The notes beneath the pieces were generated by a model. That model was not told where the DNA came from and ran no database searches. It saw nothing but the letters and a program-made list of their open reading frames with translations. The position numbers and the translations under genes were made by a program. Of a DNA stretch of 64,000 nucleotides, positions 36,792 to 46,106 are shown piece after piece. The first letter of the stretch is position 1, and each line of letters begins with the position of its first letter. The stretch comes from Bacillota bacterium (GTDB lineage Bacteria > Bacillota > Dehalobacteriia > UBA4068 > UBA4997), in contig JAETTP010000003.1 of NCBI GenBank assembly GCA_021769035.1, positions 3,010-67,009 of the forward strand, given 5' to 3'.

Positions 36792-38726
36792 TTACTCCAC
36801 TACGGAAGAATTCACGTTAGTAACAGTTTGGGTGCCGTCAAAGCCAAAATAAGCGTCAAAAACGTCCTTGCAGACTATACCGCCGGAAGAAAAGCCGTGG
36901 AAGCCGTACTCCACCATGCCGGCAAAGGCTACCTCCGGGTTGTCCGCCGGAGCAAAAGCAATGAACCAGCCGTGATAATCCTCGTTTTTGTCATCGCCCA
37001 CCAGGCCGGTCTGCGCCGTGCCGGTTTTGGCCGCCACCGCCACCGGATAATTGCCAAAGGTGCGGTAGGCCGTGCCGCCGGGCTGCGTCACTGCCTGCAA
37101 AGCGTCATAAAGCACGTCCCAGTTTTCGTCGGACATATTAATCCGATCCATCACTCTGGGCTCCCACTGATAAACCGTTTCGCCCTCGTAGTCAATAATC
37201 CTATCAACCACGTGCGGCTGCATACGCACCCCGTGGTTGGCAATGGTGGCCATGGCCTGGGCCATTTGCAGCGTGGTGTAGTAGCTGTAGCCCTGGCCGA
37301 TAGACATATAGTAAGTGTCATAGGGATACCAGTTGCCCTCCCGGCCCTTAAAATTCAGCTTTTTCCAGTCCGGGTTCGCCAAAAGGCCTCTGGTTTCCCC
37401 GGTCAGCTCAATGCCGGTCAACTGGCCGTAGCCCAGCTGGCGGAAAACCTCATACATATTATCAATCCCGGCCGCCGCTCCGGCGTCCTGGGCATAGGTG
37501 TTACAGGAAACGGCCAGCGCCTGGCTTAAATCTACCATACCATGAATACCGGTGCATTTGGCTTTGTCATTATCCCAATTTTCTGGATCGCACAAAATAT
37601 GGGTATCCCGGCCAATGGCCCCGCAGGCCAAAGCGGCCAAAGCGGTAGAAACCTTAAAGGTGGAGCCCACCGGATAGGCGCCTGAGATGGCCCGGTTAAA
37701 GGTCGGTTTCAGGGTTTCGTCATAGTAGTAGGCCGCCAGGTCGCTGTCAATGCCGTTGATAAAATCCTCCGGCTCATAATCCGGATAGGAGGCCATCGCC
37801 AGCACGGAGCCGGTTTTCACGTCCAGCAGCACCGCCGAGCCACCCTGCACCTTGGGCCGCTCCTGTTGCAGCCTTTGCACCGTGGCCGCCAGCGATTCCT
37901 CCATCACCCGCTGAATATCCGCGTCAATCGTCAGCACCAGCGAATTGCCGGAAACGCTTTCCTGATTAGATATTTCCCGTACAATACGGTTTTGGGAATC
38001 CACCTCCAGCAGACGCAGGCCACGCTTGCCGCGCAGGCCAATTTCCCGGCCGTTCGTATCGGTGAAGCGTTCCATCGTGCGCTCCACCCCGGCCTTGCCC
38101 ACCAAATCCGTGGACAAATAGTTATAGTTTTGTACCAAATCAGCGTCGGTGTCCGTAATTTTGCCCACCTGGCCCAAAATATGGCTGGCCAGGCTGCCCT
38201 CCAAATAAATGCGCCGTGGCGTTTCAATAATCAGCAGGCCGGGCAGCTTGTCCCGATTCTCCTCCAGACTGGCCACCAAATGCTGGTTGTTCTCCGCCGG
38301 CATAGTGGTAATCACTACCGGCTGATAATTGCTGGCGCGCGTGTTTATCTTTTTAATAATCTCTTCCTCGTTCAGCTCTGGGTCTTTCAAAAAGCCGGCC
38401 AGATTGTGGGCCAGCTCCTTGATTTCATCTGTGGTCATCTTGGCGGTGGAAATGGAAATTTCAAAGCAAATTTCCGAGCCCGCCAGCTTCAGCATATTAC
38501 GGTCATATATATCGCCGCGTTTGGCCGGCTGTGACACAACCCGCAGCTGATTGCGGCTGGAAATTGAAGCGTAGGTTTCCGAGTTCAAAATTTGCAGCGC
38601 AAACAAGCGGGCCGCCAAAGCAAAAAACAGCAACAGCAGCAGGCAGACAAAAACAAAACTGCGCTTACCAAAACGTTTATACTTATCCTCCTGTTCAACC
38701 TCCAAAGGTTCAAACAAGGCAAGCAC
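36792..38726 (-). CDS. mrdA: penicillin-binding protein 2 (elongation-specific D,D-transpeptidase)
   Basis: 644 aa with an N-terminal TM anchor. Motifs are STFK (GSTFKVSTA), SCN and KTGTA. Confidence 0.85.
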   Translation of the reverse strand: MLALFEPLEVEQEDKYKRFGKRSFVFVCLLLLLFFALAARLFALQILNSETYASISSRNQLRVVSQPAKRGDIYDRNMLKLAGSEICFEISISTAKMTTDEIKELAHNLAGFLKDPELNEEEIIKKINTRASNYQPVVITTMPAENNQHLVASLEENRDKLPGLLIIETPRRIYLEGSLASHILGQVGKITDTDADLVQNYNYLSTDLVGKAGVERTMERFTDTNGREIGLRGKRGLRLLEVDSQNRIVREISNQESVSGNSLVLTIDADIQRVMEESLAATVQRLQQERPKVQGGSAVLLDVKTGSVLAMASYPDYEPEDFINGIDSDLAAYYYDETLKPTFNRAISGAYPVGSTFKVSTALAALACGAIGRDTHILCDPENWDNDKAKCTGIHGMVDLSQALAVSCNTYAQDAGAAAGIDNMYEVFRQLGYGQLTGIELTGETRGLLANPDWKKLNFKGREGNWYPYDTYYMSIGQGYSYYTTLQMAQAMATIANHGVRMQPHVVDRIIDYEGETVYQWEPRVMDRINMSDENWDVLYDALQAVTQPGGTAYRTFGNYPVAVAAKTGTAQTGLVGDDKNEDYHGWFIAFAPADNPEVAFAGMVEYGFHGFSSGGIVCKDVFDAYFGFDGTQTVTNVNSSVVE

Positions 38727-38911
38727 CTCCTTTGCAAAATCCTATACGCCTATATTGTAGCATAAGATAGCCCTTTTTGCAACTTATCACCACAGTTTTA
38801 CTGTATACATTACCGCAAACTATTGACTTTTACCCGTGGCAAATGTTTTAATATTAGGTGCCGGGTTAATTTCCGGCAAATATTTTGATTTAATAAAGGA
38901 GTTTTTCAGCT

Positions 38912-40174
38912 ATGGCAGAAAAAAAACTTTTTTGCCCTGAGGCCAAGCTGGCAGAAATTGCCGCGGCCTTTGGCACCCCTTTTCATCTTTATGACGAGGC
39001 CGGAATCCGCCGCATGGCGCGGCAGCTGCTGGCCGCCTTTGCCTGGTGCCCCAGCTTTCGGGAGCACTATGCCGTAAAAGCCCTGCCCAACCCGCACATT
39101 TTGGCAATTATGCGGGACGAAGACCTGGGCGCAGATTGCAGCTCTCTGGCTGAGCTGCTGCTAGCGGAGGCCGTGGGCCTGCGCGGGCCGGAAATCTGCT
39201 TCACCTCCAACGACACCCCGCCGGAGGAGTTTGTGAAAGCCCGTGCCCTCGGCGCCACCATCAATCTGGACGATATTACCCACCTGCGCTTTTTGGAAAA
39301 CTGCGCCGGCCTGCCCCCGCTGCTCTCCTTCCGCTACAACCCCGGCCCGCAGCGTAGCGGCGGCAACGCCATCATCGGCACCCCGGAGGAATCCAAATAC
39401 GGCCTGACGCACGCCCAGCTGCTGCAAGCAATTGGCGAGGCCAAGGCCAAAGGCGTGCAACGTTTCGGCCTGCATACGATGGTGGTTTCCAACGAGTTAA
39501 AGGCCGACTATCTGATTGGCACCGCCACCATGATGTTTGAGCTGGCCGTGGAGCTAAAGGAAAAGCTGAACGTAGCGGTGGAATTTATCAACCTGGGCGG
39601 CGGCCTGGGCCTGGCTTATCGACCGGAGGAGGCTGAGCTGGATTTGGCGGCCCTGGGCGAGGCTATCCGGCAGGAATATCAACGGATTTTGCAGCCGGCC
39701 GGCCTGGACAAGGTAGGACTGGCTATGGAAAGCGGCCGCCTGATGACCGGCCCCTTTGGCCTGTTGGTGACCCGCGCTATCCACACCAAGGACACCTACA
39801 AGCATTATATCGGCGTAGACGCCTGCATGGCCCACCTGATGCGCCCCGCCCTATACAACGCTTATCATCACATCACCGTGCTGGGCAAGGCCAACGCGCC
39901 CGCCAACCATATTTACGACGTGGTAGGCTCGCTTTGCGAAAATAACGATAAATTTGCTATCAACCGCACCCTGCCGGAAATTCAGGTGGGCGATTTGCTG
40001 GCTATTCACGACACCGGCGCGCACGGCACCGCTATGGGCTTCAATTACAACGGCAAGCTGCGCTGCCAGGAACTACTGCTGCATGAGGACGGCTCCGTGC
40101 AGCTTATCCGCCGGGCGGAAACTATGGCCGATTTGTTCGCCACCCTGGATTATCCCGGCTTAAAGCTGTCCTAA
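38912..40174 (+). CDS. lysA: fold-type III PLP decarboxylase (Orn/DAP/Arg family), most likely diaminopimelate decarboxylase
   Basis: 420 aa. PLP-lysine context YAVKALPNP, plus GGGLG and ESGR motifs, and a substrate-loop Cys (LCENNDKF). SD AAGGAG is present. The substrate is not provable from sequence alone. Confidence 0.65.
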   Translation: MAEKKLFCPEAKLAEIAAAFGTPFHLYDEAGIRRMARQLLAAFAWCPSFREHYAVKALPNPHILAIMRDEDLGADCSSLAELLLAEAVGLRGPEICFTSNDTPPEEFVKARALGATINLDDITHLRFLENCAGLPPLLSFRYNPGPQRSGGNAIIGTPEESKYGLTHAQLLQAIGEAKAKGVQRFGLHTMVVSNELKADYLIGTATMMFELAVELKEKLNVAVEFINLGGGLGLAYRPEEAELDLAALGEAIRQEYQRILQPAGLDKVGLAMESGRLMTGPFGLLVTRAIHTKDTYKHYIGVDACMAHLMRPALYNAYHHITVLGKANAPANHIYDVVGSLCENNDKFAINRTLPEIQVGDLLAIHDTGAHGTAMGFNYNGKLRCQELLLHEDGSVQLIRRAETMADLFATLDYPGLKLS

Positions 40175-40205
40175 ATACTATTTTGGCAAAGGAGGCAGCA
40201 GAATT

Positions 40206-41633
40206 ATGCAGCACAAGACGCCGCTGGTGCAGGCTATTCAGGCCTATCTGGCCAAAGGTCGCAACCGCCAGCACATGCCGGGCCACAAGGGACAGGCCCA
40301 GGCCAACCCGCTGTTTGCCCACTGGGGCGATTTGGCCGCCTGGGATCTCACCGAGGCCGAGGGGCTGGACGACCTGCACGCGCCGGACGGCCCCATTCGC
40401 CAGGCGGCGGAGCTGCTGGCCCAAGCCGTTGGGGCCCGGCAGGCTTATCTGCTGGTGAACGGAGCCAGCGTGGGCATTTTGGCGGCCATTCTGGCGGCTA
40501 CGGCCCAAAGCCCCGACTGCGCCATTCTGCTGCCCCGCAATGCGCACCGGGCCTGCTGGAGTGGCCTGGCCCTGGCCGACTGCCGGCCCGTTTGGCTGCC
40601 TGTGGAATATGACCGGCCAACCGGCTTACCGCTGGGCCTCACACCGGCGCAGCTGCAACAAGCCGCCGCGCAAACGCCGGCGGCCAAAGCGGCTTTTTTT
40701 GTCTACCCCTCATATTACGGCGTTTGCGTGCAGCTGCCGGAGCTTTTAGCTATCTGCCGTCAATATGAGCTTATCAGCATTGTGGACGAAGCGCACGGCG
40801 CTCATCTGCCTTTCACCGCGCCAAAGCTGGCGGCGGCCCGGCTGGGCGCGGATTTGGTGATTGACAGCTGGCATAAAAGCATGGGCAGCCTTGGCCAAAC
40901 CGCGGTCTTGCTCACCAACGGCCAGGCGGATTTGCAGCCGGAGCGCTGGCTGACTATGCTGCAAACCAGCAGCCCCTCCTATCCCCTGCTGGCCTCGTTG
41001 GACGCGGCACGGGCCGATTGGTGCGCCAAACAGGCAGAACGCCGGCAGGCGTTGGCGCAGGAGCGGGAGCTGCTGACAGAAGCTTTGCAAAAATGCCAGG
41101 TTCTGCAAATACTGCAACCAACGGAACTGCCGGACGGCTTTGGCTACGACGAAACCAAGGCCCTGCTGCACAGCGCCGCCGGCCACAGCGGCTGGCAGCT
41201 GGCCCAGGCCTTGCGTCAGGCCGGGCTGGAGCCGGAATTTGCCGATTGGCGTTGGGTTTTGCTGCTGCTCAGCTTTGCCGATTGCCAGCAGCCCGGCGGC
41301 CTGCCGGCTTTAAGCAAAGCCCTGCAACAGGCAGACGCGGTTTTGCAGCAAACGCCCGCCCAGCCGGTGCAGCTGCCAATGGACAGTCTGCCCTTGCCCC
41401 GGCAACAGCTCACCCCGGCGGAGGCTATGCGCCAGCCGGTGCGTATGCTGCCTTTGGCGCAGACGGCAGGCCAAGTGGCGGCCGGTCTGCTAACCCCGTA
41501 TCCACCCGGCATTCCCTGGCTGGGCCCCGGCGAATTAATTGAACCCTGGCTGATTGAAGCCGCCGAAACTTTGCTGCAAGCCGGCGGCCGCTTGCAGGGT
41601 TTGACGGACGGCTGCCTGCCGGTGCTGGCTTAA
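40206..41633 (+). CDS. fold-type I Orn/Lys/Arg decarboxylase family protein (B. subtilis YaaO-like)
   Basis: 475 aa with the HMPGHKG motif near the N-terminus and SWHKS (PLP lysine). Its position upstream of holB matches the Bacillus yaaO locus. Confidence 0.7.
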   Translation: MQHKTPLVQAIQAYLAKGRNRQHMPGHKGQAQANPLFAHWGDLAAWDLTEAEGLDDLHAPDGPIRQAAELLAQAVGARQAYLLVNGASVGILAAILAATAQSPDCAILLPRNAHRACWSGLALADCRPVWLPVEYDRPTGLPLGLTPAQLQQAAAQTPAAKAAFFVYPSYYGVCVQLPELLAICRQYELISIVDEAHGAHLPFTAPKLAAARLGADLVIDSWHKSMGSLGQTAVLLTNGQADLQPERWLTMLQTSSPSYPLLASLDAARADWCAKQAERRQALAQERELLTEALQKCQVLQILQPTELPDGFGYDETKALLHSAAGHSGWQLAQALRQAGLEPEFADWRWVLLLLSFADCQQPGGLPALSKALQQADAVLQQTPAQPVQLPMDSLPLPRQQLTPAEAMRQPVRMLPLAQTAGQVAAGLLTPYPPGIPWLGPGELIEPWLIEAAETLLQAGGRLQGLTDGCLPVLA

Positions 41634-41771
41634 CGCCGGCGAAAAGCTGGTAAATGCCGCCCCTCTTATCAAGCCCGTTACTGCCGAAATCAGCCGATAT
41701 TTTGGGCTTGATTTCAGCCGGAATTTATTCTATTATATATATAACGAGATATACAGGAGGTGCCTTTGCCG

Positions 41772-42689
41772 ATGCTTTACGATAAATTGGCGGCCATTGT
41801 GGCTGCCGGGCGGATTAGCCACGCCTGGCTTTTAACCGGCCGGCCGGAACAAACGTTGGAGCAGGCGGTTCTGCTGGCTAAGGCCCTGCTTTGCCACCGG
41901 CTGCAACCAGACGGCCAACCCTGCGGCCAATGCCCGGCCTGCCGCAAGATTGAGGCCGGCAACCACCCGGATTTGCAGCTGATTTTGCCCAAAGGCGCCA
42001 GCGTGAAGATTGAACAAACCCGCGCTATGCAATATTTAGCCAGCCTGGAGGCCTACGAGGGCGGCCGCCGCGTCGCTATCATTCACCAGGCCCACACCAT
42101 GCCGCCGGCCGCGGCTAACAGCCTACTGAAAATTTTAGAAGAGCCCCGCGCCGGCCTGTTTCTGATTTTAACCGCCCCTTTGGGCGACAGCCTGCTGGAA
42201 ACAATCCTCTCCCGCGTGGTTTGGTTACGCCTGCCGGAAAACCTGCCCGCCAACGGCAGCGACGTCTACTCCGGCGCTTATCTGGCCGAGCTCAACCGCG
42301 AGCAGGAGCTGCACCAGGAAATGCAGGCCAAATGTAGCCGCCTGTTTGAGCTGCTGGCCCAGCCTCAGGACGGCGCGGCCTTGCTGCTGCTGGCCCGCAG
42401 CTTCCGGGACGACCGCCAATCCGGCGTGGCCCTGAAACAACTGCTCAGCGCCTTTTTGGAGGAGCTGCTGGCGGAACTGCGCAATCTGGCCGCAGCCGCC
42501 ATTTGCCGCCGCCACGGCGAGCCTGCCCCCAACGCGCCAAAGCTGGCCGCTAATGAATTGCAGGCCCTGGAGATGGCAGCCCTGGTTGAGGAAGCCCGCC
42601 GCGACGTAAACGCCAACATCAACGGTATCCTACTGCTGAGCGTGCTCTTTTTGCAAATGCGGGATATTCTGCAAAAAAATATTAAGTGA
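41772..42689 (+). CDS. holB: DNA polymerase III delta-prime subunit
   Basis: Motifs are HAWLLTG and the Zn module C..C..C..C (CGQCPACRKI). The context is holB-ricT-yabA. The start is ambiguous: AGGAGG at 41755-41760 is followed by TTG 41766 and ATG 41772. Confidence 0.8.
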   Translation: MLYDKLAAIVAAGRISHAWLLTGRPEQTLEQAVLLAKALLCHRLQPDGQPCGQCPACRKIEAGNHPDLQLILPKGASVKIEQTRAMQYLASLEAYEGGRRVAIIHQAHTMPPAAANSLLKILEEPRAGLFLILTAPLGDSLLETILSRVVWLRLPENLPANGSDVYSGAYLAELNREQELHQEMQAKCSRLFELLAQPQDGAALLLLARSFRDDRQSGVALKQLLSAFLEELLAELRNLAAAAICRRHGEPAPNAPKLAANELQALEMAALVEEARRDVNANINGILLLSVLFLQMRDILQKNIK

Positions 42690-42710
42690 GCCTAATTTTA
42701 GGTGAAATTT

Positions 42711-42750
42711 AAGCTCAAGTCTCAGATTATTTAATTTGGGGCTTGAGCTT
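42711..42750 (+). terminator. hairpin after holB, overlapping a candidate ricT promoter
   Basis: AAGCTCAAG / CTTGAGCTT stem with a long loop, followed by TTGGCTGTTTTG. TTGAGC-17 nt-TATGCT overlaps the 3' arm. Confidence 0.4.
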
Positions 42751-42837
42751 TTGGCTGTTTTGTGGTATGCTAAAGAATAAGGTGCTTTGATAGCCTTTAA
42801 CTTTAATTAATTTGCTAATTTGAAAAGAGGAAATAAA

Positions 42838-43611
42838 ATGTCTGATATTGTAGGCGTTCGTTTTGAACGCGCCGGCAAAATTTCATACTTCACCTGTGGT
42901 GATTTGCAGCTTTCCTTTGGCGACCAGGTGATTGTGGAAAGCAGCTGGGGCCTGGATTTTGGCACGGTGGTGACGCCTTGCCTCAACCAAGCGCCGGAGC
43001 AGCCCGCCAATCAGCCGCTACGCGCCGTGGTGCGGCTGGCCACGCCGGAAGATGAACAAAGCTATGAGAATATGCGCAAGCTGGAGCCGGAGGCCTTTGC
43101 CTACTGCCAGCAGCAAATAGCCAAACTGGGGCTGCCGATGAAGCTGATTCGCGTCAGCTACACGTTTGACGGCGGCAAGGTGATTTTTTACTTCTCATCG
43201 GAAAACCGGGTTGATTTCCGCGAGCTGGTTAAGATACTGGCCGGCCACTTCCACACCCGCATAGAGCTGCGCCAGGTTGGCGTGCGGGACGAGGCCCGCA
43301 TAGTCGGCGGCTACTCCACCTGCGGGCGCGAACTTTGCTGCGCTTCGTTTTTGAACAACTTTCACCCGGTTTCTATCCGCATGGCCAAAAAACAAAATTT
43401 GGCCCTAAACCCGGCCAAAATATCCGGCGTGTGCGGCCGCTTAATGTGCTGCCTCTATTACGAATACGACGATAACCGGGAGCGAGCCGAGCATGACGGC
43501 GATTCCGCACCGGCGGCCAAAAAAGGCAGAACCTGTGCCGATTGCCCCAAAAACGCCAAAAAGGCCAACCGCCAGACGGAGGAGGATGATAACCTTGGCC
43601 CTGAGGAATGA
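42838..43611 (+). CDS. ricT: PSP1-domain regulatory iron-sulfur protein RicT (YaaT)
   Basis: Start at ATG 42838 (MSDIVGVRF), with SD AGAGGA. The PSP1 profile and C-terminal Cys cluster (GGYSTCGRELCC...GVCGRLMCCL) are present. Confidence 0.85.
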   Translation: MSDIVGVRFERAGKISYFTCGDLQLSFGDQVIVESSWGLDFGTVVTPCLNQAPEQPANQPLRAVVRLATPEDEQSYENMRKLEPEAFAYCQQQIAKLGLPMKLIRVSYTFDGGKVIFYFSSENRVDFRELVKILAGHFHTRIELRQVGVRDEARIVGGYSTCGRELCCASFLNNFHPVSIRMAKKQNLALNPAKISGVCGRLMCCLYYEYDDNRERAEHDGDSAPAAKKGRTCADCPKNAKKANRQTEEDDNLGPEE

Positions 43612-43867
43612 AATATTGGCGCTGGAGGACCAGCTGAACGATTTGCTGGACAAGCTGCAAGAACTGCGTATCAAAGTGGATTCTATGGAGGTGCAAAACG
43701 CCCGCCTGCTGGAGCGCCTGAGCGTGGAGAATATCCGCAGCGAGGGACTGGAGGAGCTGACTAAGCTCTACGATGAGGGCTATCACATCTGCGCCACCTA
43801 CTACGCGCAGAGGCGTAACGGCGAGGAATGTCTGTTCTGCCAAAGCTTTTTAAAGGAGAATTTGTGA
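43586..43867 (+). CDS. yabA: DNA replication initiation control protein YabA
   Basis: About 93 aa. It has an N-terminal coiled coil (LEDQLNDLLDKLQELRIKVDSMEVQNARLLERL) and a C-terminal Zn-binding H/C motif (YHICATYY...CLFCQSF). It overlaps the ricT 3' end. The start is ATG 43586 or TTG 43595. Confidence 0.8.
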   Translation: MITLALRNEILALEDQLNDLLDKLQELRIKVDSMEVQNARLLERLSVENIRSEGLEELTKLYDEGYHICATYYAQRRNGEECLFCQSFLKENL

Positions 43868-44508
43868 CCGCGCCGACCAAGGACGAACAGGTGGTTGACC
43901 TACGCTGGCGCGGCCTGAAGCTGCTGCAAAACCGGCGGCTGTTCGGCTTCACCGGCGATTCCCTGGCCCTGGCCCGCTTTGTGGGCGCACGCCCCGGCTG
44001 CCAGAGCATCGGCGATTTGGGCAGCGGCAGCGGCGGCCTGCTTTTGTTGCTTTGGGCCCTAAATCCGCAGGCCCAATGCTGCGGGCTGGAGCTTCTGCCA
44101 GCCAACGTGCGGCTGGCCGAGCACAGCCTGCGCCTGAACGCGCACCTGCCGGAACTGCCGCTGCATTGCCGCTTTTTGCAGGGAGATTGGCGCACTCCCT
44201 GGCTTTACTTTGCGCCGCAGTCCTTTGATTTGCTGGTCAGCAACCCGCCCTACTGGCCGGCGGCCAGCGGCCGGCACAGCCCGACTCTGGAGCGGGCCGC
44301 CGCCCGGAATGAGCTTTTTGGCACCTTGGCGGAGCTGATAGCCAACGCCTGCTGGCTGCTGAAACCAAACGGCCGCCTGGCTTTGGTGCTGCCTTGGCAA
44401 CGCCGCCGGGAAACAGAGCGGCTTTTAGAGGCAAACGGTTTGCAAGTAATCCGCTGGCAACAGCAGCAAAAGCGGCTGCTGATTGAAGCGGCACAGCCCG
44501 CAGACTAA
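43864..44508 (+). CDS. SAM-dependent methyltransferase (YabB / tRNA m6A37 TrmN6-like)
   Basis: GTG 43864, with SD AAAGGAG 6 nt upstream, overlaps the yabA stop (GTGA). Motifs are DLGSGSG and NPPY. Confidence 0.75.
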   Translation: MTAPTKDEQVVDLRWRGLKLLQNRRLFGFTGDSLALARFVGARPGCQSIGDLGSGSGGLLLLLWALNPQAQCCGLELLPANVRLAEHSLRLNAHLPELPLHCRFLQGDWRTPWLYFAPQSFDLLVSNPPYWPAASGRHSPTLERAAARNELFGTLAELIANACWLLKPNGRLALVLPWQRRRETERLLEANGLQVIRWQQQQKRLLIEAAQPAD

Positions 44509-44531
44509 ATTTTGAAAAAACAGGTGATTAA

Positions 44532-45365
44532 ATGGGCAAGCTAATTTTAGTAGCCACCCCGATTGGTAATTTGGCGGACGTTTCCACCCGGCAGACGGAA
44601 GCTTTGCAGCAGGCCGATTTGGTAGCTGCCGAGGACACCCGGCACAGCGGCCTGCTTTTGCAACATTTGGGCCTGAAAAAGCCGCTTTTAAGCTACTATC
44701 AGCACAATGAGGAAAAACGGGAGGGCCGCCTGCTGGCCGAGTTGCAAGCCGGCCGCACAGTGGCCCTGGTCAGCGACGCCGGCACCCCCGGCATTTGCGA
44801 CCCCGGCTCCGCCATTTTACGCGCCGCCGTTGCCGAGGGCCACGAGGTGGATGCGGTGCCCGGCCCCTGCGCCTTGATTCAGGCCTTGATTTTAAGCGGT
44901 CTGCCCACCGAGCGCTTTGCCTTTGAGGGCTTTTTGCCCCGCGGCCAGGCGTTGCCGCCCTATCTTGAAAGCTTGCGCCAGGAACAGCGCACCCTGATTT
45001 TTTACGAAGCCCCCCACCGCCTGCAAAACAGCCTGCAAATGCTGCTGCAAGCCTTTGGCCCGGAGCGGCAAATAGCCGTCTGCCGGGAGCTGACCAAAAA
45101 ATTTCAGGAAATCAACCGGGGCAGCCTGGCCGAAATCTGCGCCCTTTGGCAAGAACGCCAGCCCAAAGGGGAGTTCGTGCTGGTGCTGGCCGGAGCCGAG
45201 GCGGAGCAAACCGCCGCCGCAGCCGAACCTGCCGCCGTGCAGGAGCATTTGGCGCGTCTGCTGGCCGGCGGCATGAAGCACAAAGCAGCGGCCAAGGAGG
45301 TCGCTGCCATCTACAAGCTGCCGGTTAGCGAGGTTTATCAAATGGGATTAGCCTTAAAGAAATAG
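44532..45365 (+). CDS. rsmI: 16S rRNA (cytidine1402-2'-O)-methyltransferase
   Basis: 277 aa with the N-terminal LVATPIGNL.D.S.R....L and EDTR motifs. Conserved position after yabA and yabB. Confidence 0.9.
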   Translation: MGKLILVATPIGNLADVSTRQTEALQQADLVAAEDTRHSGLLLQHLGLKKPLLSYYQHNEEKREGRLLAELQAGRTVALVSDAGTPGICDPGSAILRAAVAEGHEVDAVPGPCALIQALILSGLPTERFAFEGFLPRGQALPPYLESLRQEQRTLIFYEAPHRLQNSLQMLLQAFGPERQIAVCRELTKKFQEINRGSLAEICALWQERQPKGEFVLVLAGAEAEQTAAAAEPAAVQEHLARLLAGGMKHKAAAKEVAAIYKLPVSEVYQMGLALKK

Positions 45366-46103
45366 TCAACCGCCAATCATTACGCTGATATTTCCGTGCA
45401 AAAGAATTCTAATTAAACCGCAAATTAGCAAATGCAACGGATAATAAACATAAAAAAGCCACTTCATACCAGGGCAATTTCCCCGCTTTCCGTTATATCT
45501 TTTCAGCAAAGGGATTGACAAAGCGACAAAAAGCTGTATAAAGCCATAAACTGGATTAATAAAAACCGCATACACCGCCGCATATACCGCCACCCAAAGC
45601 ATCATTCCGCTCATCTGCCGGGCAAAATTTCCCCGATTTGCGCCAATATTGATGATTGTTAAAACGGCAATGCTGCTCCAATCCGCCGCAAAAGTAACAA
45701 CCGTAATCCCCAGAATCAGAAACGTTTTTTGCCATTGCTGCATTTTTTCATTTTTTTCTACAAGAAGCGCAACCAAACCAAAAGCCAATGCCCAAACAAT
45801 GCTCGTTTGATTAAATATGGAGGTCTGAAACGGCCTAAACGGTATGCCAAAAGCAAAGTTATAGGCAAAATGAGAAACTATTGCCAACATAAATAATCTT
45901 CCGATATATTTCTTCAGATTATGCGTGTGATAAAAACCTTCGACAACACAAAAACAAAAAATAGGCGCGGCTAACCTGCCTATTATATGCAGCCCAACAA
46001 TCCACCAATCCATTGAATAATTAGGAAAACAAACCGATGTTACATGGTCAATAGTCATAGCAAGCAAGGCTATTAATTTTAATTGATTAGCATTTAAGGT
46101 CAT
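45366..46103 (-). CDS. TraX family membrane protein
   Basis: 245 aa polytopic protein whose N-terminus LK.IA...M.IDH is typical of the TraX family. Its ATG lies 3 nt after the hisJ stop, and its SD GAGGT lies inside the hisJ 3' end. Confidence 0.7.
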   Translation of the reverse strand: MTLNANQLKLIALLAMTIDHVTSVCFPNYSMDWWIVGLHIIGRLAAPIFCFCVVEGFYHTHNLKKYIGRLFMLAIVSHFAYNFAFGIPFRPFQTSIFNQTSIVWALAFGLVALLVEKNEKMQQWQKTFLILGITVVTFAADWSSIAVLTIINIGANRGNFARQMSGMMLWVAVYAAVYAVFINPVYGFIQLFVALSIPLLKRYNGKRGNCPGMKWLFYVYYPLHLLICGLIRILLHGNISVMIGG

Positions 46104-46106
46104 GTT

